Below, in pieces: positions 33,629 to 45,981 of a stretch of 64,000 bases of DNA. The notes under the pieces were generated by a model. It searched no databases and was not told where the DNA came from. It worked only from the letters and a program-made list of their open reading frames with translations. Every line of letters begins with the position of its first letter. The first letter of the stretch is position 1. Source of the DNA: Raillietiella orientalis. Taxonomy: Eukaryota. The DNA is taken from positions 2,914,001 to 2,978,000 of the forward strand of contig JAYWIR010000024.1 of assembly GCA_036172245.1 (NCBI GenBank), given 5' to 3'. The position numbers and the translations under genes were made by a program.

Positions 33629-36049
33629 GGCCTTCCCCCCCCCCCCTTTCCTTCCTTCCTTCCTTTTTTTTTCTTCGCAGCCTCCATTCAAGATGAACAC
33701 ACAGGCAAAAAAGCGGCGGTGGCTGCAGCGCAGAAACCGCACCAGCAACGGAATCACCCGAGAAACACTCACGCGTCTTCGACGGTCAGTTCACAGGTCG
33801 AGGATGCTCCGGCTGCCTCGCTCCCATAGGACACCACCTTGACGAAAATGCGGGGAGGTTCCGGAAGAAACTCGGGAGGGGGGTGGGGGTGGGTGGCAAG
33901 CCCTCCCCTCCACCCTTCTTCAGCAGCTGTTCCGTGTGGAACGGGTGGGGAGCTTTTCGGGACTCGCACGTGCAATGATGAGACGACGAAAGGGAGCCAT
34001 CAGGTGGGCGCCGCTCCCATTGCTTGGGAGAAGAGGCGAAAAGTCACTGCTCGCGGCAGATTCATAACCAACGCCTCAAGACTCTGATCGAGGGAACCCT
34101 TGCAGCGGGCGATACGAGAAGGCGGAAACATCCGTCGCGATGTTCCGCGTGTTTCCCTGCCGAACATCTTCGGGAACATCGAGAGGCGCAGATGCTATTT
34201 ATAAGTGTAATGCAACGAACGCTCGAGAGATGGCACTGCGCACACAACCTCGCGTGCTTGCGTGGAAGGGGGGGGGGGAGGAGAGAATTCTTTGTTTTCT
34301 CCATCCATTATTCATCTCTTCCGAACATTTTTGTCCATCCCCCCTCTCAACATCTGGAAGATCCATTTCAAATGGTTACAGTTCAACATGCTGCGATACA
34401 ATGGGCTCGGGTTTCCCCCGAAATTCAATTGTTCCCTGTCTTCGTGTGTGACTCCGTGTTGCCAGTAATTGCATTTTTGGGATAAAACTCCTCATCGGAA
34501 ATCCCTGTTTTCAGTTTTCGCCGACGCCAGCGCCGAAGGATCCGGACAGCTTCCGAGCGGATCAACGAGCTCCTTTACGTTTTCTTCTTCTTCCTCCTTC
34601 CTTTTTTGTTTTTTTTGTTTTTTTTTTTTTTTGTCGCTCGGTACTTTGCGAGAAAACGGAAGGCCTCGCGGGTGCTCGTAGCTGCAGCAGCGACGCAGGA
34701 CGGATGGGGAGGAGTGGGGAGGGGGAAACGGCAATTGGCTTGGCACGGACACCGCTCATCGCATCGGCAATCGTGACAAATGGAAACTTCCAAAAGCTTC
34801 GCGTCACGGGAAGAAACCGAGCTGCTCACGGGGATCCACTGATTGCGCGAATCTCGACTTCCGCGACGCCGGAGCATCCATCGATCTTCGCCACTCGGTG
34901 AGTTTCCATCCCCCCCCTCCCCCCCGCCTTCCATGCGTCCGCGGCGAAGGGCCGGGCATGCGCGCCCCCTCCAGCTCGAACCGGCGCCTCCGCCGCGGCC
35001 TGCCGGAGGAATAGCGCGTGCAGCGCGGCGCTTCCGGCGAAGCCAGGACAGCCGCCGCCCTTCCACCCCTTTCTCGGACGAGATGTGCCTTTCGACCCCT
35101 GGCTGGACGGAAGGACCGATCTCGCGCGACCTCCTTCCCAGCGCCCGGAAGGGGGCGGAGGAGGAGGCGCCCTCCTTTTCGGGCGCGCCTCCGGGTCAAG
35201 CCATCCATCCTGGCGCTCCCTGGACTGCCCCGACCCGGACTCTCCGCGAAGACGCCGACGGACGGCGGCAGCACCTGCCAGGCGAGGGTGACGGCTGGGA
35301 AACCGGCGGAAGGGGCGCACGAAGAGGCGGGAAGGGACCGCCCTCTCGCGGAGAGGTCTTTTCGGGATCGCGACGGGACGGGAGGGGGGGGGGGATCCCG
35401 GACGGAGTTCCCCGACCCTTTGGCGCGTCACGCGATGCCACCGCCGCCACCACCGGGAGAGACGCAGTGGCATAGGGCCGGGGTTCCCATTGGCAACGGG
35501 AGGCTGCAGGCGCGCGAGGGAGGCCTTGAACTACCCGCTGCCGCCCGCAGGAACCCCGGCAGGAAGTGCGCGCCCCTTCCCCTTCCCGCCACGGGATCCT
35601 AGGATTCCGCCGGTCGCTGGGAGAAGGAGCGCCTCCTCCCATATGCGGGCTCTGGCTCGTGGTCCAGATCAGTTCCAGGGCGCCATCGTCGAGCCTACAA
35701 GGAAGCAGGGAGCCCCATCCACGGCCAGTCCCCCAGCGTTCCCCGCCCTTGCTCTGCAGGGCGAACCGAAGGAACGGACTCTCCACTTCCTCTTACTCCC
35801 CCCCCTTTCCCCTCGCTGGGAAGCAAGTCGCCCCACTCGGGGGTGAGGAGACCGCCTTTCCGTTTTCGGTCTCCCCTGCGCGCGGACACAGAGGAGAAAA
35901 CGCGGACACTCAGCGGGCGGCTCTCTGCGCGCCCTTTCAGTCAGCGCGCGCACGCACGCGTCGTGCAGCGCCTTCGCGCGGCTTTAAGCTTCGTACAAAG
36001 CGCTCCGTAAAGTCGACTGTACCTGTACGACTTTTCTGCAACGCCTTCG

Positions 36050-39000
36050 TACGTCTCCTGGCGTTCGCTCGCGGGAGGGCGAGCCTCCTCGTCGCCGCGG
36101 AGGGCACAGAGGTGGGACGGAGCTGCCGTCTCCACGAGCGGCTGCGGCAGCGGGCGCGCCACCGGAGCCACAGAGCACGGGACACGCGCCCGAGAAGGGC
36201 CGAAGGAACTCTCGGCTAGCTTGCTTGCTCCCACCCCTCCCTCCCACTTCGCGACCCTGCACGGGGAGGGAGAAGACTCCCTCTCTGGTGGCTTGAGTTT
36301 CCCGACAGGCTTCGGAGGACGCGCCACTCCCGGAGGAGGAGGAGCAAATCCCGGGAAAGAAGGAAGGAGGAGGGTGCGCGCTGAGTCTGGCGGTGGGTCG
36401 GACGTGGGTAGCTTCTCGGGGCCCACGGACCCGACGGCGGTGCCTCGGGAGGGCGCGGGAGCGAAAGACCGGTGGCGGAGAGGTCACTCCCGACCCGGGC
36501 TGAGCGGTGCAGGTGGTTCTGATTGTGGGAGTACAGGAAGGAGGTTGCTGGAGCGACCCTGGCTGGCGTCCGTGGCCGAGCGGACTATCTGACTGATCGC
36601 GCGGAAGCGCGTCTGGACCAGGAGATCGGTGCTTCCATCCCCGCTCCTGCGTCGTTTGGCTCTCCTCCCGCGACCCTCCTCCGTCGGACTGGGTGGACGA
36701 GTTCTCCGCGAATGTGGGAAGGGAGAGACGGGCCTCCCCTCACTGTGTGGATGAACAAGGCAATTTCTTCCCAGCCTCCGCTCCCACCAACCCTCCGGCA
36801 GCCTTCAAGTCCGCGCCTCGAGACCTCTCGCGGGTGCAAGACCAGCTCAGAGTTGATCCGGAGGAGATCCGGCAAGCGACCCCCCCTTCTTCTGCGAACG
36901 CGAGTGCTTATCGAGAAAAGCACGTGGTCCCGGGGTAGGGGGCCCCAGGCCATGAGGTCAACAGGGCGGCTTTGGAAAGCCCGGAGTGACCGCGCGCGGA
37001 TGTGTTTGGAAGCGAGATCTGCTGGAAGATCCTGGGAACTGAGGAGCGACGTTGCGCCGAAAGAGGCGAAGGATCATTGGACGTCGATCGGAGCTTCTCG
37101 GCAAGGAGACGACGCATCGCAGCACACGCGAGAAGTGCGCCGGGCACATCGGCGGGGTCACCGGGAGCGCGACTGGCAGCTTCCTGAGCCACAGCCTCTG
37201 CCGGACGGCTGGACAGAGGAAGACCTCAGAGACGGAATCTCCCTTTTCAGCATCTGCCTGCGTTCCCCGAAGCATCTTCTGTCCAGCGGAGGGCGCCTTC
37301 CGTTATCAGACCGCGGACCTGTGCGCGAGGCGCCGCCCACCCGCGCAGACATCGCTCGCCAGGGACGGTGCTGATCACCGCAGGAGGTGCAGAACGTGGG
37401 AATGGTTGCTAGGTCACGCCCTCAACGGAGACGTCTGCTGCCACGAACCGCGCGACTGCGGATAGGCTGGACGGGCTGGCGGCCCGGGCCAAGAAGGCCG
37501 TCCTGAAACACCGGGAGTCGGTAGTCGCCGACGAGGCGGTTCCGGGGAGGGATGCGGAAGCTCAGGCCGGACCTCCCTCTGCGGGGAGAGGAGAGGTCGT
37601 CATCGCACTGGATGTCGCTTACGTGTGCGAGTTCTTCGCGAAGACGGCGACAAAGAGGGTGGCAGCGTCTTGCCCCCTCCTTGCCTGCCGCGCCCTTGCC
37701 TTTCCCGGCAGCGCGCCCGCTCATCAACCGAGGAGCGAGGAAAGGCACCCGGTTCTGAATCTCCGCGTCGCCTCCGGAGACCGCAAAGAGTGAGCGCCGT
37801 GGAATTTCCGGGATTCCCGGAGTCCAGCGAGCGACCGAGCCCCAGGACCACCGAAGTCATGCGTGAGGCAGGCGGCGCACATCAGCCGTGCTGGGGTTTC
37901 TTCCCTATCTTTCTTGCTATCCCCGAAGCCGGACCTTACACTCTGAAGAAGAAGAAGGTCGGGTCATCGTGCTCGATGTAAGCTTCCCCGCTCCGAAAGA
38001 CCAGCCGACGACCTTGGATGATGCAGGAGACAAGCAGGGAGAGAGAGAGCGTGGAGGAGCGTTCGCTCGGTGCGAACTCCCGTGGCGATGGGAGCCTCTC
38101 GGCGAGCGGGAGCCACCTCACGACAAAAAGCTCACAAAGGCCAGCCGAACACAAGATGGGGAAGCGGCTCCTGGAGGCGTCCGGCCCTCCCTCAAGGTGA
38201 TGATGCACCGGGCACGTCGGAAGGATCAGAATCGATAACCCCGCAGCCGTGTTGAGCCACGAGGCGACCCACCAGACGAGCTGCCCAAGAAAGCTCGGAA
38301 GAGATCGGGATTGGGGTAGAGTTCCCTTCCCTCCCTGGCCATGTGCTACGCCCCCACAGGCCGCTGCTGTGCTTTCCTCGCCAGCTTCGTAGAACGGAAA
38401 ACCCCGGGATGTGCACTGGAAGCATCGGGTGGGTCGCCCACTTAGAAGCATGGGGGAACCTTCGGATTGACCCCACCACGGGACAAAGTGGAGGAGGAAA
38501 AGATGGCCAAAGGGGATGGATGATGGGAAGTCCCTCCCCCCTTCCCCCCCACCTGTTTCCATCCCCATTCTTGACACCATTTTGTGCACCAAAATTCAAC
38601 TGTACTGCCTTTTGGATCTTCCATTGACACTTATAAATCCGAGTGAGATAGAACGAATCTCGATGGTACCCATATCCTTAGCTGGTCTCCAAGGTGAACA
38701 GCCTCCAGAAGACAGAGGAATGTAGGTAAGCAAAGTCGACAAACCAGATCCGTGACTTAGCTGGCTGGTAACATCCTTCGGGAGAAGGATTGGCCCTGAG
38801 GGTGGAGCCGGTTGCGCTTGGCCGGGGTTACGGTAGTGGTTTCCTCGCTGTGAACGGGAGCTAACGGGAGATCGGCGCTTCCTCGCTCGCTCAGGGGTTG
38901 CGCGCGTTCCGGCGGGTCCGCTCAGGATCCGCTCAGCGCAGCCTGCGGCTCGTCGGGCGCGTGCGTCGTCCTTCGTAGCCACACCTGTCTCCCGTCCCTT

Positions 39001-39650
39001 TGTGCACCAAATGGTACACAGGCGAGATGGCGACAAATGCTGGCTGCCTTGGGAGATGGCCTCTGCAGGACCGTGGCTGGTGCATGCGTGACCTGAGGGA
39101 AAATCCGTTCCAGAAGGGAAAAAAACGACCATAGTCCAAGGCTCTGCCCTCTTTGGAACGGCAGAAGACCCTGTTCTTCAACGTCACCCAGCCACGAACC
39201 GTAAGGGGCTCTTCAAGCAGGCCATAAGCGCTCAGTCAGCATCTCAAGGGGGAAACGTGCTTTTATAGGGAACAGTTCCGGGAAGAGATCTACGATGGCC
39301 CCTACAGAGGGCTGAGCTTGCATGGAGCTCGAAAGGTTTTCCCCTCCTCCTCCTTCTCCTTCCCCACGCCATCTTTGCCGTCGTCTGGTCGGTCTTGAAG
39401 GCCTGCCGAAGCACCGTCGTCCGCCGCCTTGGTTGCTGCAGAAACGGCAGTTCGGAGCCATCCTTCCCCTCCGAGTTTGCGTTCGAAGAGGATCCTTGGT
39501 TGTGGAGTACCTTCGGGATAAGCGGCGGTGGGGAGGGAGGGGGGGAGCCGTCGTCACGGCAACGGTCCGCACCACCCTCGATGTTCTCGCGGCTGGGCGG
39601 CTGCGCATCCCGAACGAGAAGAGGCGGGAAGTTCTTCGCGATTCCCCCGT
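36050..39650 (+). mobile_element. Decayed near-full-length Vingi/ingi-like LINE (APE-RT-C-terminal)
   Basis: Best ordered series: DRWRRGHSRPGL (cf. RW.RGYNPDL), SRGCKT (cf. PRGCRT), CWKIL, WTEEDLRDGISL (cf. FT.EEL..GI..L), WLLGHALN, AVLK-PG (~37497), LRP-SLC, LPQG..AP (38187-38198), CYA, LINPS (~38630), NILR..WGA-like (~38770-38810), GCL, LK..F, PW...LRVCVRR....RRWG. Confidence 0.65.
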
Positions 39651-39699
39651 CCAGGTGCACCTATCGGGTGAGCGCGTCCCTCCCTTGGCGACAGGACCC

Positions 39700-40830
39700 G
39701 AGATGCTCGGGGGTCACCACGACGGGCTCGGGCAAAGGCCGCGACCGCTTCCCTGTCCTCCCGAAGGGCAGGGGAGGAGGGGGGAACAAGGAAGAGAGAA
39801 ACGGAGAAAGGGGGATTCGGAGAGCTCGGAGGAGGAGGGTGTGCCATCGCCCTCCCTTTCCTCAGGGAAGGACGAAAAGAGAATACCGGCCAGCGGAGGT
39901 CTGAATGGATGCTCTCCCACGCTGCAGACTGCAGCCCGCAAGCTCAGCCTGCACTCGTGGCGATCTTCTTCCTCCGGGCAAGCACCGGTTGCTACGGGAG
40001 GGAGGGAAGACAGCGGGCTCGCTTCGCTCCGAACTGTCTCTCGCGGCCTCCTCTCCCCCTCGCGCTCTCTCGGAAAGCTATCCCTCCTGCCCGCTTGCCG
40101 GGAAGCAGTCGACGGGAAGCGGTTCCTGGAGGATGCTCTGGAATTTAAGCGCCTCCCGCGGCTCATCTCCGGCCGATCTGCGAGATCGAATTCGCAACCT
40201 CCTTTCCCTTCCAGGTTGGGTCCAGATGACGCGCGACCTCCGCACAGAAAGGGGGAGAGGGGGGAGGGAAGGCAAGAAAGAGGAACGTTAAAAATATCGA
40301 AGACTACGATCTACCATCTTCCGGGGAAGGGAAGGAGGAGGGGGAAGACGTGCCTGGTGAAGAAGGGCGGGAGTGCCAGTCGAGCTCGAAGGCCCTGCGC
40401 GGGAGCTCCCAGCGAGCGCGCAGCCCGGGAGTCCGAAGGAGGTCTCTCCTCGGATGGCGAGGAAGGGCTGAGGACGCTGGAGGAAGCGTCTTCCGCCTTG
40501 GGGAAGGAAGGGGTTGCTCCCAGGGGAAGCGGAACAGGAAGGAGCGCGCGGCTCAAGCATCTCCCCGAGTGCCCACCGGTCGCCGCCGCTCTCAAGCGGG
40601 AGCGTGGAGGGGGAGGGGAGCGGAAGCAACAGGGGAGAGCAACGCCTGCTGACCGCCAGCATCACGCGTGGCGAGGCATTCCTGCAGGAGGCGTGACCCG
40701 CGCGCGCATGTTCCCGGAACGGCTCCTCTTCCTTCCCTTCCCTTCGTTTCTCCGGCCGGGGGAGAGATGGCGGTTCCGTTTCGCAGCGAAGCTGGAAAAG
40801 GTGGTGATGCACCGCGCACTGCCGTCGCCA
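39700..40830 (-). mobile_element. Decayed Vingi/ingi-like LINE 3' part, tail-to-tail with 36050-39650
   Basis: CRNA...MLA (cf. RNN..KLA), KAEDASSSV (cf. AEYASPVW), RRLNSRAS (cf. RLKSR.SF), RLSLRAAVC (cf. NRLR.GV.R). Confidence 0.4.
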
Positions 40831-42294
40831 GGGCAGTTTCGTTTCCTTCGGGGAAACGTCGCGTACGTGCGCGCGTGTGCGCGCGTTCGCTTGCCGTGCG
40901 TGCGTGCATGCGCGCGCACGCGCAGAATCATTTCGTTTCATTAACTGGAGAAAATGTGCCCGCGTTTGCGGGTAAACGCGGACAGCAGCGCGAGCAGCGG
41001 CCGCGGAATTGAGTTCTCCGCACTAGCAGCAGTTTCCGAGGAAACCGGCGTTAATCATGGCGTTTACAAATAGAAAGTGACAGGACGAGGAACGGCTCCA
41101 GGTGAAGCAAAAAAAAAAAAGGAAAAAAAAAAAAAGTAGGCAAAAAAAAAAGAAAAAAACGAAAAGTTTTCGGGAGCCAGAAGGGATCTTCGAGAGTAGA
41201 CTCGAGCAAAAGAAGAAATCAGCACGAAATCCCGAATGGATCGTGCAGTCTGGATAAACGAAGATGAATGCATTGAGGGGGGAGGAAAAAAAAAAAAAAA
41301 TTGAAACCTAAAAGAGAAACGCAGCATTTTTAACCGTTCTTTCCTTTTGTTTGATGTCCGGGACGGAAAATCTCATTAAAGACTCCCTTAATTATGTATG
41401 GCAGCTTAGTATCAAAACTTTTTTCTAATGAACACAAGATGATTCCGCGAAGACATTAAAACCAAACTCAATCTTACGGGACATGAGTGGATAATCCACT
41501 GTAATTACTTACGTGCAACATCTATTGGTGTCATACGTCATATCCTCTTCAGAGGCAACGTGTTCCGGGTTGCGAAGTATTGGGACGTTAGCGATACCGA
41601 ATTTCTCCGAGAGATAATCGCCAGCACAGCCGACACGAATCTGTTAACTATCGTAATCAAATAGTTTTGAAGAAATGCAGATTTTCTTGTTCCTGTGATA
41701 AAGTTGGGAAAAATCCTACCCTAATTAACTGGAAATGTGCAGTGGTACCAGAAGTCGCGTAATTCAACGTGATCTCCCCCCCCTCCCCCTGATGGACTCC
41801 CCCATTGTTATGGCCGGTCGGGAAGACACATCTAGACGCGATGCGTTGGTTCCCATTCTTTGTCACACGTTTCGAAAAAGTTTCTTCGAATAAGCACAAA
41901 ATCGGAATATGATACAAAAAAAAAGAGAGAGAGGGGGGGGGGAGGGAGAGAGTGCAGTTCTGCAGAGCTGATGCTGCCAGACTGTTATTTTAATTCGTCT
42001 CGAGTCGCAAGCGAAGTTTTGAAAATTTACCACTTCTATGGTGCGCAGCAAACCAACTGTTGCCAAAGCTTTTTAAACGCTTACTTTCTCTTCCTGTTGT
42101 TTTACACTTCACTCAGGCAAAATATCAATGATTCAGCTACTACAGCAACCCAGGACCAGTTATGAATCTTTCGGAAAATAAAATGAAGCCTTCCTCTTGT
42201 TCATTTTCTTCTTGTAAACGCACGGGTGTCCCGAAATAAACGTCAGTTGAAATGAATGACAAAAGCAAGTGGATGCGGAGTGCAGGAAAACAAT

Positions 42295-42321
42295 AATGAT
42301 GATGATGATGATGATGATGAT
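42295..42321. repeat. (GAT)n microsatellite
   Basis: Trinucleotide run of ~8-9 units. Confidence 0.9.
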
Positions 42322-42931
42322 GCATGTTTTCAAATAAAACGCAAATCGTGTTTCCAAAGTAAGGACCGAAGAGAACAGCTCTGCTTGGTTCAAAGCCGCC
42401 ATGATCACCCACGGCCCAAAACTCCATCCGTGACAAAGACCCTGGAAGAGGAATCCCACATTCTCCCGGGTTCCACCGCAGGGAACGCGATAGGTGCCAC
42501 GAGAAATTTGTGTTGAACAAAGCGAACGAACGTCAGCGTTCTGAAAAAGATATCAATTTTTTTTTTTTACATGCGTAGGATCCCTTCAACTAAAATGCTT
42601 TCAACTTGTTTGCCTGCTCCATTTTTTTTTTCCAAAAAAAAAAAAAAGAAAGATAGATTTCCAATAGATTTCCTTCACATCTGTTTCGAACGCTCTGCCC
42701 TTCTTTGAAATCATTCCGCAAGATGCGTGCATATAATAGGAAGAAGGTGTGTACTCCAAACTTTATGCAAATTTTCATTTATTCGTGCTTGCTTTGGAAA
42801 CGGGACTCCATCTCGCAGACTCACGAGGAGGAAGAAGGAAGAAAAGCATACATTAGGCTTTTTGTTGCAGAGCTGAGACGAGGGTACACTTTTTTTTTTC
42901 CATCAAACCCAAGGGTTCCCTCCGCGATCCG

Positions 42932-42959
42932 ACACACACACACACACACACACACACAC
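42932..42959. repeat. (AC)n microsatellite
   Basis: Dinucleotide run; similar runs at ~45949-45978 and ~60296-60318. Confidence 0.9.
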
Positions 42960-45946
42960 CGATAACACACCAATTCCCTGCACGGGAGAGGATTCAGTAT
43001 GTTATTCTACTCGTTGGTGCACACGTTGAGCACTTAATGGGTTCATCTGTGTCGTGTGAGACGCATTTTATGCTCCAGCAGAGCTCTAAATAGCGCTTTC
43101 CAAACCACGCTGTGGTTGTCAATGGAAACGCTTCAGTCTCTCCTGCGACATCGAGAAGATTCGAGGCGGCCGAATTCCGTTTCACCCCATGAGCTTTCAA
43201 AAAATCGAATCTCTCCCCGGCGGAGGAGAGCGGTCGTCTCCTGAAAATATCGCTCGGATTTGGGAGCAGGGAGGCCTCGAACCACATCAAAAATGGGAAT
43301 TCGATCCTAAGAAAAGCTCCAATTGAAACTTCAAACTTCCTCCCATAAAGCAAGTCTTCCTCTCTCCGGGCCTCTGCTTTCTTCTTTTTACTAAATCTCG
43401 CCGGCTGCTAATTAATTCCCGGCCGACCAAACTGTGTCGATTCTTCCCAGCTCTTCGATATGAGTGTTTATTATTCCATTATCTGAGTAATCCTGGAATT
43501 CAGAACATAAGATTCCTCCTCGGAAGGAAAATTTACGTTAATGCGACTTTTGGAGAAACGATGCTCGGTGCCACTGACGACAGCGGGCAAAATTTGTTCC
43601 CACGCTCAGCTCATCAGGCATTCCCGTAGGATACGAATCGCGAACGGTTGAGGAATGTTTGTGCAAAAAGAGTTGACAACCTTTGCTGACTGCAATACAT
43701 TTGCTTATGAGCCGATGAAGCACCGTCGAGGATGATTTGCTGGATGTTTGAACAACCATCCTTCTCGAAGAACCGCTTTGGGGAGGGGGGGGGGGGACTT
43801 GGAAAAAAAAAAAAAAACATTTGTACGGCTCTCTGCAGAAAACCTGTTTTTGCATCCGTACACCAAAATGGAGATACCATGTTACGCGGCCCGTTTTTCT
43901 TGCTGCTTCTTAAGCACTTCGTCACTTGTCAGCTCGTTCCAATTTTAAATTTGAGTTATGCGTTAAAACGAAACGTTGCTCCCAGCACTCGGAAATTATC
44001 CATCTTTGTTCTCTGGCCCCACTCGGCAGTGCATCGGCTCTGCTTGGCCGGCCTGGGCGACCTGACCACGCTGACTCGCGCGCGCGTGCACGCCCAACAC
44101 AGCATGGGCAACACCACCACACAATCCCGATTGCCGCTCAAAGACGGGGGGCGAAAGATTCTTCCCCCCCCCCCCCCGAGTGAAAAAATCATGAAGGAAA
44201 AAAGGGAAAGAAAAACACCTCGGTGCATTCGCAGCTGCACCACGCAGGAGGACTCTCTCTCCGGCGCTTCGAAAAAACCCGCGAGCAGCAGCATTCCACC
44301 CGAGAAATGCAATCCTGAGAGGTCGCAGAAAGAGAACCCCCGATGGCAAACGCCACCGGGGTCTTCCTATATTTAACTTTTTCAAAGAGATTATTCGCGA
44401 TTGATCGTCTTTCAATGGAGTCGATAATGTGCGGGCAGAACATTGTCTTCTTGTGTCATTCGGAACATCTGGAGAAAGGCAGGGTTACCCTTAGTGGAAA
44501 AATACTAGCGACTGTCAGTGTTGCTTTCTGAAACATAAATTATGCTTTATCTGGAATTTTCTCAGGTTGCCAATTCTGTTAAGAATCCGATTTTTTTTTT
44601 TTTCCTTTTTCGCAGCTCGCTTCTAACGGAAGATGCATTTTCCTCAGAGCTCCAAAGCGAATACCATGAAGATCGTTACTCGGCTGTGTGTGTATGTGTG
44701 TGTGTGTGTAATCAAGACTGTCAGTGATGCGATTAAGCAAAACTGCTGACAACTGTTGACAGATTGACGATCATTTGCAAAATAACAAGCATTCACTTGT
44801 AATGCAATCAATGACGTAAGAAGGCACGACGGCGATCCTCGTCTTCAGCGTTGTCTTCCACGCGTTCAGATGAAGAGCGGTCGCGATCTCCCGCGCCATC
44901 GCAAAAGAACAAAACAAAACAAAAAAAAAAGATAAAAAAAAAAGGAAAATGGGGATTTCTGCTGCTGCTGCTGGACTCGCCCATCTTCCGCATGGAACGA
45001 ATCCAGAAATTTTCGCGTGCTTACCTTTTCCGAAGGAACCACGATTCCAAAATTTTCATAATGATGTGAAAAGCACGGAGCTCATCCGTAAATTGCGGCA
45101 ATCGAGAGGCGGGAAACAATAAAACAATACGACTCTAATTTACTTTGATAGAAATGAAGAGCGAATAGAAGGGAAAATTCAGCTCACGTTTCGTGCTTCG
45201 CTTCTTTTATCACAAGCGAAGCAGTTTTCAAGGTTCATCGAAAAAGTCCCACTCGGTTATAAAGGGAATCCTTTCGGCAAAACCAATTTTCTCCAAAGTT
45301 TGAAAAGTCGTGCTGAGAATTCCGTTGCTATGCGTCGCCTTTCCTCCCCCTCCCCCCCCCCCTTCCCATTCCTTTAAAGCCATCGTCGTAGCCTCGAGCC
45401 ATGTAAATCTCCAGCGACTCTTGCGTACGCAAAAATTGTGGAAACAGCATCTCGTGGCAATGGCAGCTTACGCATAACATGTGGCAATTAGAGGATGGAC
45501 ACGAGTGAAGAAAAGGAAGGAGAGAGACACTTTCACTCCAGGAGTTGTCAAAGGCTCTCTGACCACGAAGCCCCCCCCCCTCCGAATCTTCGAAGAAGTA
45601 AATTGGGGGGGGGGGGGGAGGAGGGCAGAAAGAAAAAAAAAAATTCGAGTGCATTTATCACTGGCGTCGACAATCAAGTTTCCAGATCATTCCTCAACAT
45701 CCGTTAATCCACTCGACGTTCATCGTAAAACTTCCCCAACCATATCGTTCTCCAATAGACACAGCTATAACAGTTCTTTCCTCTCCCCATTAAACGGAGA
45801 GAGAGAGGGAGAGACAAATCTGTGCATTTTACATTCACTTCGTAGCAAAATTAGTCAAAAGCACAGATAGTAAGCGCAATCGTCATCCATCCGAACCAGC
45901 GTGATTTATAAAGGGGGCACGTAAAAAATGCATGATTCCCAGACAA

Positions 45947-45981
<35 letters not shown>

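Noticed and set aside
39322..40944. 540-aa + strand ORF
   Set aside because: Spans the junction of two oppositely oriented relics; no coherent domain.
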